From Auanema rhodensis (taxonomy: Eukaryota > Animalia > Nematoda), in the NCBI GenBank assembly GCA_964057225.1, contig OZ059898.1:2294001-2358000 (forward strand): a stretch of 64,000 nucleotides of DNA, in the 5' to 3' direction. The translations under genes and the position numbers were made by a program. Positions 1-12,200 of the stretch are shown here, one piece after another. The stretch's first letter is position 1. Each line of letters opens with the position of its first letter. The notes under the pieces are model-generated. The model saw only the letters and a program-made list of their open reading frames with translations. It did no database searches and was not told the DNA's origin.

Positions 1-5
1 TGAAA

Positions 6-17
6 TTTTTCGAAAAA
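6..17. other. Perfect 12-bp palindrome TTTTTCGAAAAA (present in most monomers; coordinates for copy 1)
   Basis: Self-complementary as read. It extends to 18 bp (AATTTTTTCGAAAAAATT) in monomers carrying A5T. Confidence 0.9.
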
Positions 18-44
18 ATTTTTGTCAAAATGTTTTTGGAAGCA

Positions 45-72
45 ATGTTGAGTGTACATGGAAACTCAACAT
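45..72. other. Inverted repeat with 9-bp arms and 10-nt loop (per monomer; coordinates for copy 1)
   Basis: ATGTTGAGT (45-53) is the exact reverse complement of ACTCAACAT (64-72). Confidence 0.92.
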
Positions 73-155
73 ACACTAATGCATCATTTTTCAAACGATC
101 ATAACTAATTTTTGTATTAAGCGTTTCTCAATGTAGTATAGTGCATTCGATGCGG

Positions 156-206
156 ATTTTTAAGCTGCGTCGATCTGTGTTATCAGATTTGCGCTAGCTT
201 AAAAAT
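156..206. other. 51-bp imperfect inverted repeat, potential hairpin or cruciform (per monomer; coordinates for copy 1)
   Basis: ATTTTTAAGCT (156-166) pairs with AGCTTAAAAAT (196-206), GCG (167-169) with CGC (192-194), and ATCTG (173-177) with CAGAT (184-188). The loop is TGTTAT. Confidence 0.92.
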
Positions 207-223
207 GCACCGAGATATCAACT

Positions 224-245
224 GATATAAGTTCACACTTATATC
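224..245. other. Inverted repeat with 9-bp arms and 4-nt loop (per monomer; coordinates for copy 1)
   Basis: GATATAAGT (224-232), loop TCAC, ACTTATATC (237-245). Confidence 0.92.
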
Positions 246-3200
246 CTCGATTTTCACCCTGAAGAATTAATTTTTTCGTTGAATAACATTGTCCATCGTC
301 TTTGCCTTGAAAAAAGGAATCTAAAAACATCTACTTTTTGCTAAATTATCTTGAAATTTTTCGAAAAAATTTTTGTCAAAATGTTTTTGGAAGCAATGTT
401 GAGTGTACATGGAAACTCAACATACACTAATGCATCATTTTTCAAACGATCATAACTAATTTTTGTATTAAGCGTTTCTCAATGTAGTATAGTGCATTCG
501 ATGCGGATTTTTAAGCTGCGTCGATCTGTGTTATCAGATTTGCGCTAGCTTAAAAATGCACCGAGATATCAACTGATATAAGTTCACACTTATATCCTCG
601 ATTTTCACCCTGAAGATTTAATTTTTTCGTTGAATAACATTGTCCATCGTCTTTGCCTTGAAAAATGGAATCTAAAAACATCTACTTTTTGCTAAATTAT
701 TTTGAAATTTTTCGAAAAAATTTTTGTCAAAATGTTTTTGGAAGCAATGTTGAGTGTACATGGAAACTCAACATACACTAATGCATCATTTTTCAAACGA
801 TCATAACTAAATTTTGTATTAAGCGTTTCTCAATGTAGTATAGTGCATTCGATGCGGATTTTTAAGCTGCGTCGATCTGTGTTATCAGATTTGCGCTAGC
901 TTAAAAATGCACCGAGATATCAACTGATATAAGTTCACACTTATATCCTCGATTTTCACCCTGAAGAATTAATTTTTTTGTTGAATAACATTGTCCATCG
1001 CCTTTGCCTTGAAAAAAGGAATCTAAAAACATCTACTTTTTGCTAAATTATTTTGAAATTTTTCGAAAAAATTTTTGTCAAAATGTTTTTGGAAGCAATG
1101 TTGAGTGTACATGGAAACTCAACATACACTAATGCATCATTTTTCAAACGATCATAACTAATTTTTGTATTAAGCGTTTCTCAATGTAGTATAGTGCATT
1201 CGATGCGGATTTTTAAGCTGCGTCGATCTGTGTTATCAGATTTGCGCTAGCTTAAAAATGCACCGAGATATCAACTGATATAAGTTCACACTTATATCCT
1301 CGATTTTCACCCTGAAGAATTAATTTTTTCGTTGAATAACATTGTCCATCGTCTTTGCCTTGAAAAAAGGAATCTAAAAACATCTACTTTTTGCTAAATT
1401 ATTTTGAAATTTTTCGAAAAAATTTTTGTCAAAATGTTTTTGGAAGCAATGTTGAGTGTACATGGAAACTCAACATACACTAATGCATCATTTTTCAAAC
1501 GATCATAACTAATTTTTGTATTAAGCGTTTCTCAATGTAGTATAGTGCATTCGATGCGGATTTTTAAGCTGCGTCGATCTGTGTTATCAGATTTGCGCTA
1601 GCTTAAAAATGCACCGAGATATCAACTGATATAAGTTCACACTTATATCCTCGATTTTGACCCTGAAGAATTAATTTTTTCGTTGAATAACATTGTCCAT
1701 CGTCTTTGCCTTGAAAAAAGGAATCTAAAAACATCTACTTTTTGCTAAATTATTTTGAAATTTTTCGAAAAAATTTTTGTCAAAATGTTTTTGGAAGCAA
1801 TGTTGAGTGTACATGGAAACTCAACATACACTAATGCATCATTTTTCAAACGATCATAACTAATTTTTGTATTAAGCGTTTCTCAATGTAGTATAGTGCA
1901 TTCGATGCGGATTTTTAAGCTGCGTCGATCTGTGTTATCAGATTTGCGCTAGCTTAAAAATGCACCGAGATATCAACTGATATATGTTCACACTTATATC
2001 CTCGATTTTGACCCTGAAGAATTAATTTTTTCGTTGAATAACATTGTCTATCGTCTTTGCCTTGAAAAAAGGAATCTAAAAACATCTACTTTTTGCTAAA
2101 TTATTTTGAAATTTTTCGAAAAAATTTTTGTCAAAATGTTTTTGGAAGCAATGTTGAGTGTACATGGAAACTCAACATACACTAATGCATCATTTTTCAA
2201 ACGATCATAACTAATTTTTGTATTAAGCGTTTCTCAATGTAGTATAGTGCATTCGATGCGGATTTTTAAGCTGCGTCGATCTGTGTTATCAGATTTGCGC
2301 TAGCTTAAAAATGCACCGAGATATCAACTGATATAAGTTCACACTTATATCCTCGATTTTGACCCTGAAGAATTAATTTTTTCGTTGAATAACATTGTCT
2401 ATCGTCTTTGCCTTGAAAAATGGAATCTAAAAACATCTACTTTTTGCTAAATTATTTTGAAATTTTTCGAAAAAATTTTTGTCAAAATGTTTTTGGAAGC
2501 AATGTTGAGTGTACATGGAAACTCAACATACACTAATGCATCATTTTTCAAACGATCATAACTAATTTTTGTATTAAGCGTTTCTCAATGTAGTATAGTG
2601 CATTCGATGCGGATTTTTAAGCTGCGTCGATCTGTGTTATCAGATTTGCGCTAGCTTAAAAATGCACCGAGATATCAACTGATATAAGTTCACACTTATA
2701 TCCTCGATTTTCACCCTGAAGAATTAATTTTTTCGTTGAATAACATTGTCCATCGTCTTTGCCGTGAAAAAAGGAATCTAAAAACATCTACTTTTTGCTA
2801 AATTATTTTGAAATTTTTCGAAAAAATTTTTGTCAAAATGTTTTTGGAAGCAATGTTGAGTGTACATGGAAACTCAACATACACTAATGCATCATTTTTC
2901 AAACGATCATAACTAATTTTTGTATTAAGCGTTTCTCAATGTAGTATAGTGCATTCGATGCGGATTTTTAAGCTGCGTCGATCTGTGTTATCAGATTTGC
3001 GCTAGCTTAAAAATGCACCGAGATATCAACTGATATAAGTTCACACTTATATCCTCGATTTTGACCCTGAAGAATTAATTTTTTCGTTGAATAACATTGT
3101 CCATCGTCTTTGCCTTGAAAAAAGGAATCTAAAAACATCTACTTTTTGCTAAATTATTTTGAAATTTTTCGAAAAAATTTTTGTCAAAATGTTTTTGGAA

Positions 3201-6200
3201 GCAATGTTGAGTGTACATGGAAACTCAACATACACTAATGCATCATTTTTCAAACGATCATAACTAAATTTTGTATTAAGCGTTTCTCAATGTAGTATAG
3301 TGCATTCGATGCGGATTTTTAAGCTGCGTCGATCTGTGTTATCAGATTTGCGCTAGCTTAAAAATGCACCGAGATATCAACTGATATAAGTTCACACTTA
3401 TATCCTCGATTTTGACCCTGAAGAATTAATTTTTTCGTTGAATAACATTGTCCATCGTCTTTGCCTTGAAAAAAGGAATCTAAAAACATCTACTTTTTGC
3501 TAAATTATTTTGAAATTTTTCGAAAAAATTTTTGTCAAAATGTTTTTGGAAGCAATGTTGAGTGTACATGGAAACTCAACATACACTAATGCATCATTTT
3601 TCAAACGATCATAACTAATTTTTGTATTAAGCGTTTCTCAATGTAGTATAGTGCATTCGATGCGGATTTTTAAGCTGCGTCGATCTGTGTTATCAGATTT
3701 GCGCTAGCTTAAAAATGCACCGAGATATCAACTGATATAAGTTCACACTTATATCCTCGATTTTGACCCTGAAGAATTAATTTTTTCGTTGAATAACATT
3801 GTCCATCGTCTTTGCCTTGAAAAAAGGAATCTAAAAACATCTACTTTTTGCTAAATTATTTTGAAATTTTTCGAAAAAATTTTTGTCAAAATGTTTTTGG
3901 AAGCAATGTTGAGTGTACATGGAAACTCAACATACACTAATGCATCATTTTTCAAACGATCATAACTAATTTTTGTATTAAGCGTTTCTCAATGTAGTAT
4001 AGTGCATTCGATGCGGATTTTTAAGCTGCGTCGATCTGTGTTATCAGATTTGCGCTAGCTTAAAAATGCACCGAGATATCAACTGATATAAGTTCACACT
4101 TATATCCTCGATTTTCACCCTGAAGAATTAATTTTTTTGTTGAATAACATTGTCCATCGTCTTTGCCTTGAAAAAAGGAATCTAAAAACATCTACTTTTT
4201 GCTAAATTATTTTGAAATTTTTTGAAAAAATTTTTGTCAAAATGTTTTTGGAAGCAATGTTGAGTGTACATGGAAACTCAACATACACTAATGCATCATT
4301 TTTCAAACGATCATAACTAATTTTTGTATTAAGCGTTTCTCAATGTAGCATAGTGCATTCGATGCAGATTTTTAAGCTGCGTCGATCTGTGTTATCAGAT
4401 TTGCGCTAGCTTAAAAATGCACCGAGATATCAACTGATATAAGTTCACACTTATATCCTCGATTTTCACCCTGAAGAATTAATTTTTTTGTTGAATAACA
4501 TTGTCCATCGTCTTTGCCTTGAAAAAAGGAATCTAAAAACATCTACTTTTTGCTAAATTATTCTGAAATTTTTCGAAAAAATTTTTGTCAAAATGTTTTT
4601 GGAAGCAATGTTGAGTGTACATGGAAACTCAACATACACTAATGCATCATTTTTCAAACGATCATAACTAATTTTTGTATTAAGCGTTTCTCAATGTAGT
4701 ATAGTGCATTCGATGCGGATTTTTAAGCTGCGTCGATCTGTGTTATCAGATTTGCGCTAGCTTAAAAATGCACCGAGATATCAACTGATATAAGTTCACA
4801 CTTATATCCTCGATTTTCACCCTGAAGAATTAATTTTTTTGTTGAATAACATTGTCCATCGTCTTTGCCTTGAAAAAAGGAATCTAAAAACATCTACTTT
4901 TTGCTAAATTATTTTGAAATTTTTTGAAAAAATTTTTGTCAAAATGTTTTTGGAAGCAATGTTGAGTGTACATGGAAACTCAACATACACTAATGCATCA
5001 TTTTTCAAACGATCATAACTAATTTTTGTATTAAGCGTTTCTCAATGTAGCATAGTGCATTCGATGCAGATTTTTAAGCTGCGTCGATCTGTGTTATCAG
5101 ATTTGCGCTAGCTTAAAAATGCACCGAGATATCAACTGATATAAGTTCACACTTATATCCTCGATTTTCACCCTGAAGAATTAATTTTTTTGTTGAATAA
5201 CATTGTCCATCGTCTTTGCCTTGAAAAATAGAATCTAAAAACATCTACTTTTTGCTAAATTATTCTGAAATTTTTCGAAAAAATTTTTGTCAAAATGTTT
5301 TTGGAAGCAATGTTGAGTGTACATGGAAACTCAACATACACTAATGCATCATTTTTCAAACGATCATAACTAATTTTTGTATTAAGCGTTTCTCAATGTA
5401 GTATAGTGCATTCGATGCGGATTTTTAAGCTGCGTCGATCTGTGTTATCAGATTTGCGCTAGCTTAAAAATGCACCGAGATATCAACTGATATAAGTTCA
5501 CACTTATATCCTCGATTTTCACCCTGAAGAATTAATTTTTTTGTTGAATAACATTGTCCATCGTCTTTGCCTTGAAAAAAGGAATCTAAAAACATCTACT
5601 TTTTGCTAAATTATTTTGAAATTTTTCGAAAAAATTTTTGTCAAAATGTTTTTGGAAGCAATGTTGAGTGTACATGGAAACTCAACATACACTAATGCAT
5701 CATTTTTCAAACGATCATAACTAATTTTTGTATTAAGCGTTTCTCAATGTAGTATAGTGCATTCGATGCGGATTTTTAAGCTGCGTCGATCTGTGTTATC
5801 AGATTTGCGCTAGCTTAAAAATGCACCGAGATATCAACTGATATAAGTTCACACTTATATCCTCGATTTTGACCCTGAAGAATTAATTTTTTCGTTGAAT
5901 AACATTGTCCATCGTCTTTGCCTTGAAAAAAGGAATCTAAAAACATCTACTTTTTGCTAAATTATTTTGAAATTTTTCGAAAAAATTTTTGTCAAAATGT
6001 TTTTGGAAGCAATGTTGAGTGTACATGGAAACTCAACATACACTAATGCATCATTTTTCAAACGATCATAACTAATTTTTGTATTAAGCGTTTCTCAATG
6101 TAGTATAGTGCATTCGATGCGGATTTTTAAGCTGCGTCGATCTGTGTTATCAGATTTGTGCTAGCTTAAAAATGCACCGAGATATCAACTGATATAAGTT

Positions 6201-9200
6201 CACACTTATATCCTCGATTTTGACCCTGAAGAATTAATTTTTTCGTTGAATAACATTGTCCATCGTCTTTGCCTTGAAAAAAGGAATCTAAAAACATCTA
6301 CTTTTTGCTAAATTATTTTGAAATTTTTCGAAAAAATTTTTGTCAAAATGTTTTTGGAAGCAATGTTGAGTGTACATGGAAACTCAACATACACTAATGC
6401 ATCATTTTTCAAACGATCATAACTAATTTTTGTATTAAGCGTTTCTCAATGTAGTATAGTGCATTCGATGCGGATTTTTAAGCTGCGTCGATCTGTGTTA
6501 TCAGATTTGTGCTAGCTTAAAAATGCACCGAGATATCAACTGATATAAGTTCACACTTATATCCTCGATTTTGACCCTGAAGAATTAATTTTTTCGTTGA
6601 ATAACATTGTCCATCGTCTTTGCCTTGAAAAAAGGAATCTAAAAACATCTACTTTTTGCTAAATTATTTTGAAATTTTTCGAAAAAATTTTTGTCAAAAT
6701 GTTTTTGGAAGCAATGTTGAGTGTACATGGAAACTCAACATACACTAATGCATCATTTTTCAAACGATCATAACTAATTTTTGTATTAAGCGTTTCTCAA
6801 TGTAGTATAGTGCATTCGATGCGGATTTTTAAGCTGCGTCGATCTGTGTTATCAGATTTGCGCTAGCTTAAAAATGCACCGAGATATCAACTGATATAAG
6901 TTCACACTTATATCCTCGATTTTGACCCTGAAGAATTAATTTTTTCGTTGAATAACATTGTCCATCGTCTTTGCCTTGAAAAAAGGAATCTAAAAACATC
7001 TACTTTTTGCTAAATTATTTTGAAATTTTTCGAAAAAATTTTTGTCAAAATGTTTTTGGAAGCAATGTTGAGTGTACATGGAAACTCAACATACACTAAT
7101 GCATCATTTTTCAAACGATCATAACTAATTTTTGTATTAAGCGTTTCTCAATGTAGTATAGTGCATTCGATGCGGATTTTTAAGCTGCGTCGATCTGTGT
7201 TATCAGATTTGCGCTAGCTTAAAAATGCACCGAGATATCAACTGATATAAGTTCACACTTATATCCTCGATTTTGACCCTGAAGAATTAATTTTTTCGTT
7301 GAATAACATTGTCCATCGTCTTTGCCTTGAAAAAAGGAATCTAAAAACATCTACTTTTTTCTAAATTATCTTGAAATTTTTCGAAAAAATTTTTGTCAAA
7401 ATGTTTTTGGAAGCAATGTTGAGTGTACATGGAAACTCAACATACACTAATGCATCATTTTTCAAACGATCATAACTAATTTTTGTATTAAGCGTTTCTC
7501 AATGTAGTATAGTGCATTCGATGCGGATTTTTAAGCTGCGTCGATCTGTGTTATCAGATTTGCGCTAGCTTAAAAATGCACCGAGATATCAACTGATATA
7601 AGTTCACACTTATATCCTCGATTTTGACCCTGAAGAATTAATTTTTTCGTTGAATAACATTGTCCATCGTCTTTGCCTTGAAAAAAGGAATCTAAAAACA
7701 TCTACTTTTTGCTAAATTATTTTGAAATTTTTCGAAAAAATTTTTGTCAAAATGTTTTTGGAAGCAATGTTGAGTGTACATGGAAACTCAACATACACTA
7801 ATGCATCATTTTTCAAACGATCATAACTAATTTTTGTATTAAGCGTTTCTCAATGTAGTATAGTGCATTCGATGCGGATTTTTAAGCTGCGTCGATCTGT
7901 GTTATCAGATTTGCGCTAGCTTAAAAATGCACCGAGATATCAACTGATATAAGTTCACACTTATATCCTCGATTTTCACCCTGAAGAATTAATTTTTTCG
8001 TTGAATAACATTGTCCATCGTCTTTGCCTTGAAAAAAGGAATCTAAAAACATCTACTTTTTGCTAAATTATTTTGAAATTTTTCGAAAAAATTTTTGTCA
8101 AAATGTTTTTGGAAGCAATGTTGAGTGTACATGGAAACTCAACATACACTAATGCATCATTTTTCAAACGATCATAACTAATTTTTGTATTAAGCGTTTC
8201 TCAATGTAGTATAGTGCATTCGATGCGGATTTTTAAGCTGCGTCGATCTGTGTTATCAGATTTGCGCTAGCTTAAAAATGCACCGAGATATCAACTGATA
8301 TAAGTTCACACTTATATCCTCGATTTTCACCCTGAAGAATTAATTTTTTCGTTGAATAACATTGTCCATCGTCTTTGCCGTGAAAAAAGGAATCTAAAAA
8401 CATCTACTTTTTGCTAAATTATTTTGAAATTTTTCGAAAAAATTTTTGTCAAAATGTTTTTGGAAGCAATGTTGAGTGTACATGGAAACTCAACATACAC
8501 TAATGCATCATTTTTCAAACGATCATAACTAATTTTTGTATTAAGCGTTTCTCAATGTAGTATAGTGCATTCGATGCGGATTTTTAAGCTGCGTCGATCT
8601 GTGTTATCAGATTTGCGCTAGCTTAAAAATGCACCGAGATATCAACTGATATAAGTTCACACTTATATCCTCGATTTTGACCCTGAAGAATTAATTTTTT
8701 CGTTGAATAACATTGTCCATCGTCTTTGCCTTGAAAAAAGGAATCTAAAAACATCTACTTTTTGCTAAATTATTTTGAAATTTTTCGAAAAAATTTTTGT
8801 CAAAATGTTTTTGGAAGCAATGTTGAGTGTACATGGAAACTCAACATACACTAATGCATCATTTTTCAAACGATCATAACTAATTTTTGTATTAAGCGTT
8901 TCTCAATGTAGTATAGTGCATTCGATGCGGATTTTTAAGCTGCGTCGATCTGTGTTATCAGATTTGCGCTAGCTTAAAAATGCACCGAGATATCAACTGA
9001 TATAAGTTCACACTTATATCCTCGATTTTGACCCTGAAGAATTAGTTTTTTCGTTGAATAACATTGTCCATCGTCTTTGCCTTGAAAAAAGGAATCTAAA
9101 AACATCTACTTTTTGCTAAATTATTTTGAAATTTTTCGAAAAAATTTTTGTCAAAATGTTTTTGGAAGCAATGTTGAGTGTACATGGAAACTCAACATAC

Positions 9201-12200
9201 ACTAATGCATCATTTTTCAAACGATCATAACTAAATTTTGTATTAAGCGTTTCTCAATGTAGTATAGTGCATTCGATGCGGATTTTTAAGCTGCGTCGAT
9301 CTGTGTTATCAGATTTGCGCTAGCTTAAAAATGCACCGAGATATCAACTGATATAAGTTCACACTTATATCCTCGATTTTGACCCTGAAGAATTAATTTT
9401 TTCGTTGAATAACATTGTCCATCGTCTTTGCCTTGAAAAAAGGAATCTAAAAACATCTACTTTTTGCTAAATTATTTTGAAATTTTTCGAAAAAATTTTT
9501 GTCAAAATGTTTTTGGAAGCAATGTTGAGTGTACATGGAAACTCAACATACACTAATGCATCATTTTTCAAACGATCATAACTAATTTTTGTATTAAGCG
9601 TTTCTCAATGTAGTATAGTGCATTCGATGCGGATTTTTAAGCTGCGTCGATCTGTGTTATCAGATTTGCGCTAGCTTAAAAATGCACCGAGATATCAACT
9701 GATATAAGTTCACACTTATATCCTCGATTTTGACCCTGAAGAATTAATTTTTTCGTTGAATAACATTGTCCATCGTCTTTGCCTTGAAAAAAGGAATCTA
9801 AAAACATCTACTTTTTGCTAAATTATTTTGAAATTTTTCGAAAAAATTTTTGTCAAAATGTTTTTGGAAGCAATGTTGAGTGTACATGGAAACTCAACAT
9901 ACACTAATGCATCATTTTTCAAACGATCATAACTAATTTTTGTATTAAGCGTTTCTCAATGTAGTATAGTGCATTCGATGCGGATTTTTAAGCTGCGTCG
10001 ATCTGTGTTATCAGATTTGCGCTAGCTTAAAAATGCACCGAGATATCAACTGATATAAGTTCACACTTATATCCTCGATTTTCACCCTGAAGAATTAATT
10101 TTTTCGTTGAATAACATTGTCCATCGTCTTTGCCTTGAAAAAAGGAATCTAAAAACATCTACTTTTTGCTAAATTATTTTGAAATTTTTCGAAAAAATTT
10201 TTGTCAAAATGTTTTTGGAAGCAATGTTGAGTGTACATGGAAACTCAACATACACTAATGCATCATTTTTCAAACGATCATAACTAATTTTTGTATTAAG
10301 CGTTTCTCAATGTAGTATAGTGCATTCGATGCGGATTTTTAAGCTGCGTCGATCTGTGTTATCAGATTTGCGCTAGCTTAAAAATGCACCGAGATATCAA
10401 CTGATATAAGTTCACACTTATATCCTCGATTTTGACCCTGAAGAATTAATTTTTTCGTTGAATAACATTGTCCATCGTCTTTGCCTTGAAAAAAGGAATC
10501 TAAAAACATCTACTTTTTGCTAAATTATTTTGAAATTTTTCGAAAAAATTTTTGTCAAAATGTTTTTGGAAGCAATGTTGAGTGTACATGGAAACTCAAC
10601 ATACACTAATGCATCATTTTTCAAACGATCATAACTAATTTTTGTATTAAGCGTTTCTCAATGTAGTATAGTGCATTCGATGCGGATTTTTAAGCTGCGT
10701 CGATCTGTGTTATCAGATTTGCGCTAGCTTAAAAATGCACCGAGATATCAACTGATATAAGTTCACACTTATATCCTCGATTTTCACCCTGAAGAATTAA
10801 TTTTTTCGTTGAATAACATTGTCCATCGTCTTTGCCTTGAAAAAAGGAATCTAAAAACATCTACTTTTTGCTAAATTATTTTGAAATTTTTCGAAAAAAT
10901 TTTTGTCAAAATGTTTTTGGAAGCAATGTTGAGTGTACATGGAAACTCAACATACACTAATGCATCATTTTTCAAACGATCATAACTAATTTTTGTATTA
11001 AGCGTTTCTCAATGTAGTATAGTGCATTCGATGCGGATTTTTAAGCTGCGTCGATCTGTGTTATCAGATTTGCGCTAGCTTAAAAATGCACCGAGATATC
11101 AACTGATATAAGTTCACACTTATATCCTCGATTTTCACCCTGAAGAATTAATTTTTTCGTTGAATAACATTGTCCATCGTCTTTGCCTTGAAAAAAGGAA
11201 TCTAAAAACATCTACTTTTTGCTAAATTATTTTGAAATTTTTTGAAAAAATTTTTGTCAAAATGTTTTTGGAAGCAATGTTGAGTGTACATGGAAACTCA
11301 ACATACACTAATGCATCATTTTTCAAACGATCATAACTAATTTTTGTATTAAGCGTTTCTCAATGTAGTATAGTGCATTCGATGCGGATTTTTAAGCTGC
11401 GTCGATCTGTGTTATCAGATTTGCGCTAGCTTAAAAATGCACCGAGATATCAACTGATATAAGTTCACACTTATATCCTCGATTTTCACCCTGAAGAATT
11501 AATTTTTTCGTTGAATAACATTGTCCATCGTCTTTGCCTTGAAAAAAGAAATCTAAAAACATCTACTTTTTGCTAAATTATTTTGAAATTTTTTGAAAAA
11601 ATTTTTGTCAAAATGTTTTTGGAAGCAATGTTGAGTGTACATGGAAACTCAACATACACTAATGCATCATTTTTCAAACGATCATAACTAATTTTTGTAT
11701 TAAGCGTTTCTCAATGTAGTATAGTGCATTCGATGCGGATTTTTAAGCTGCGTCGATCTGTGTTATCAGATTTGCGCTAGCTTAAAAATGCACGGAGATA
11801 TCAACTGATATAAGTTCACACTTATATCCTCGATTTTCACCCTGAAGAATTAATTTTTTTGTTGAATAACATTGTCCATCGTCTTTGCCTTGAAAAAAGG
11901 AATCTAAAAACATCTACTTTTTGCTAAATTATTTTGAAATTTTTTGAAAAAATTTTTGTCAAAATGTTTTTGGAAGCAATGTTGAGTGTACATGGAAACT
12001 CAACATACACTAATGCATCATTTTTCAAACGATCATAACTAATTTTTGTATTAAGCGTTTCTCAATGTAGCATAGTGCATTCGATGCAGATTTTTAAGCT
12101 GCGTCGATCTGTGTTATCAGATTTGCGCTAGCTTAAAAATGCACCGAGATATCAACTGATATAAGTTCACACTTATATCCTCGATTTTCACCCTGAAGAA

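Larger units (their letters stand above)
1..351. repeat. Representative monomer (consensus except T350C); phase chosen arbitrarily at window start
   Basis: About 110/351 G+C by hand count, 12 CpG dinucleotides and numerous A/T tracts of 4-6 nt. Confidence 0.97.

Noticed and set aside
224-254. Rho-independent terminator (stem-loop followed by TTTT)
   Set aside because: The stem is AT-rich, the T-run is short and offset from the stem, and there is no upstream gene.
274-290. CENP-B-box-like TTTCGTTGAATAACATT
   Set aside because: It matches the TTCG....A half of nTTCGnnnnAnnCGGGn but lacks the essential CGGG.
259-312. Hammerhead ribozyme core-like CTGAAGA (CUGANGA) followed by GAAA; hammerheads are known in newt, schistosome and cave-cricket satellites
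   Set aside because: I could not build stem I (no partner for TTTCACC next to an NUH site) or a stem II closing onto GAAA. An Infernal search with Rfam hammerhead models on a dimer would settle it.
1-351. Tandem 5S rRNA, tRNA, snRNA or spliced-leader gene unit
   Set aside because: I recognised no 5S, tRNA cloverleaf, A/B box, snRNA or SL exon sequence on either strand. A cmscan against Rfam would be decisive.
1-351. Internal sub-repeat (2 x ~175 or 3 x 117 bp)
   Set aside because: No convincing similarity between halves or thirds by eye beyond generic A/T tracts.
1-351. Assignment to a named satellite of similar length (Drosophila 359-bp, tenebrionid ~350-360-bp, cucurbit ~350-bp)
   Set aside because: Only the length and AT richness are similar. 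I cannot verify sequence homology without a search.
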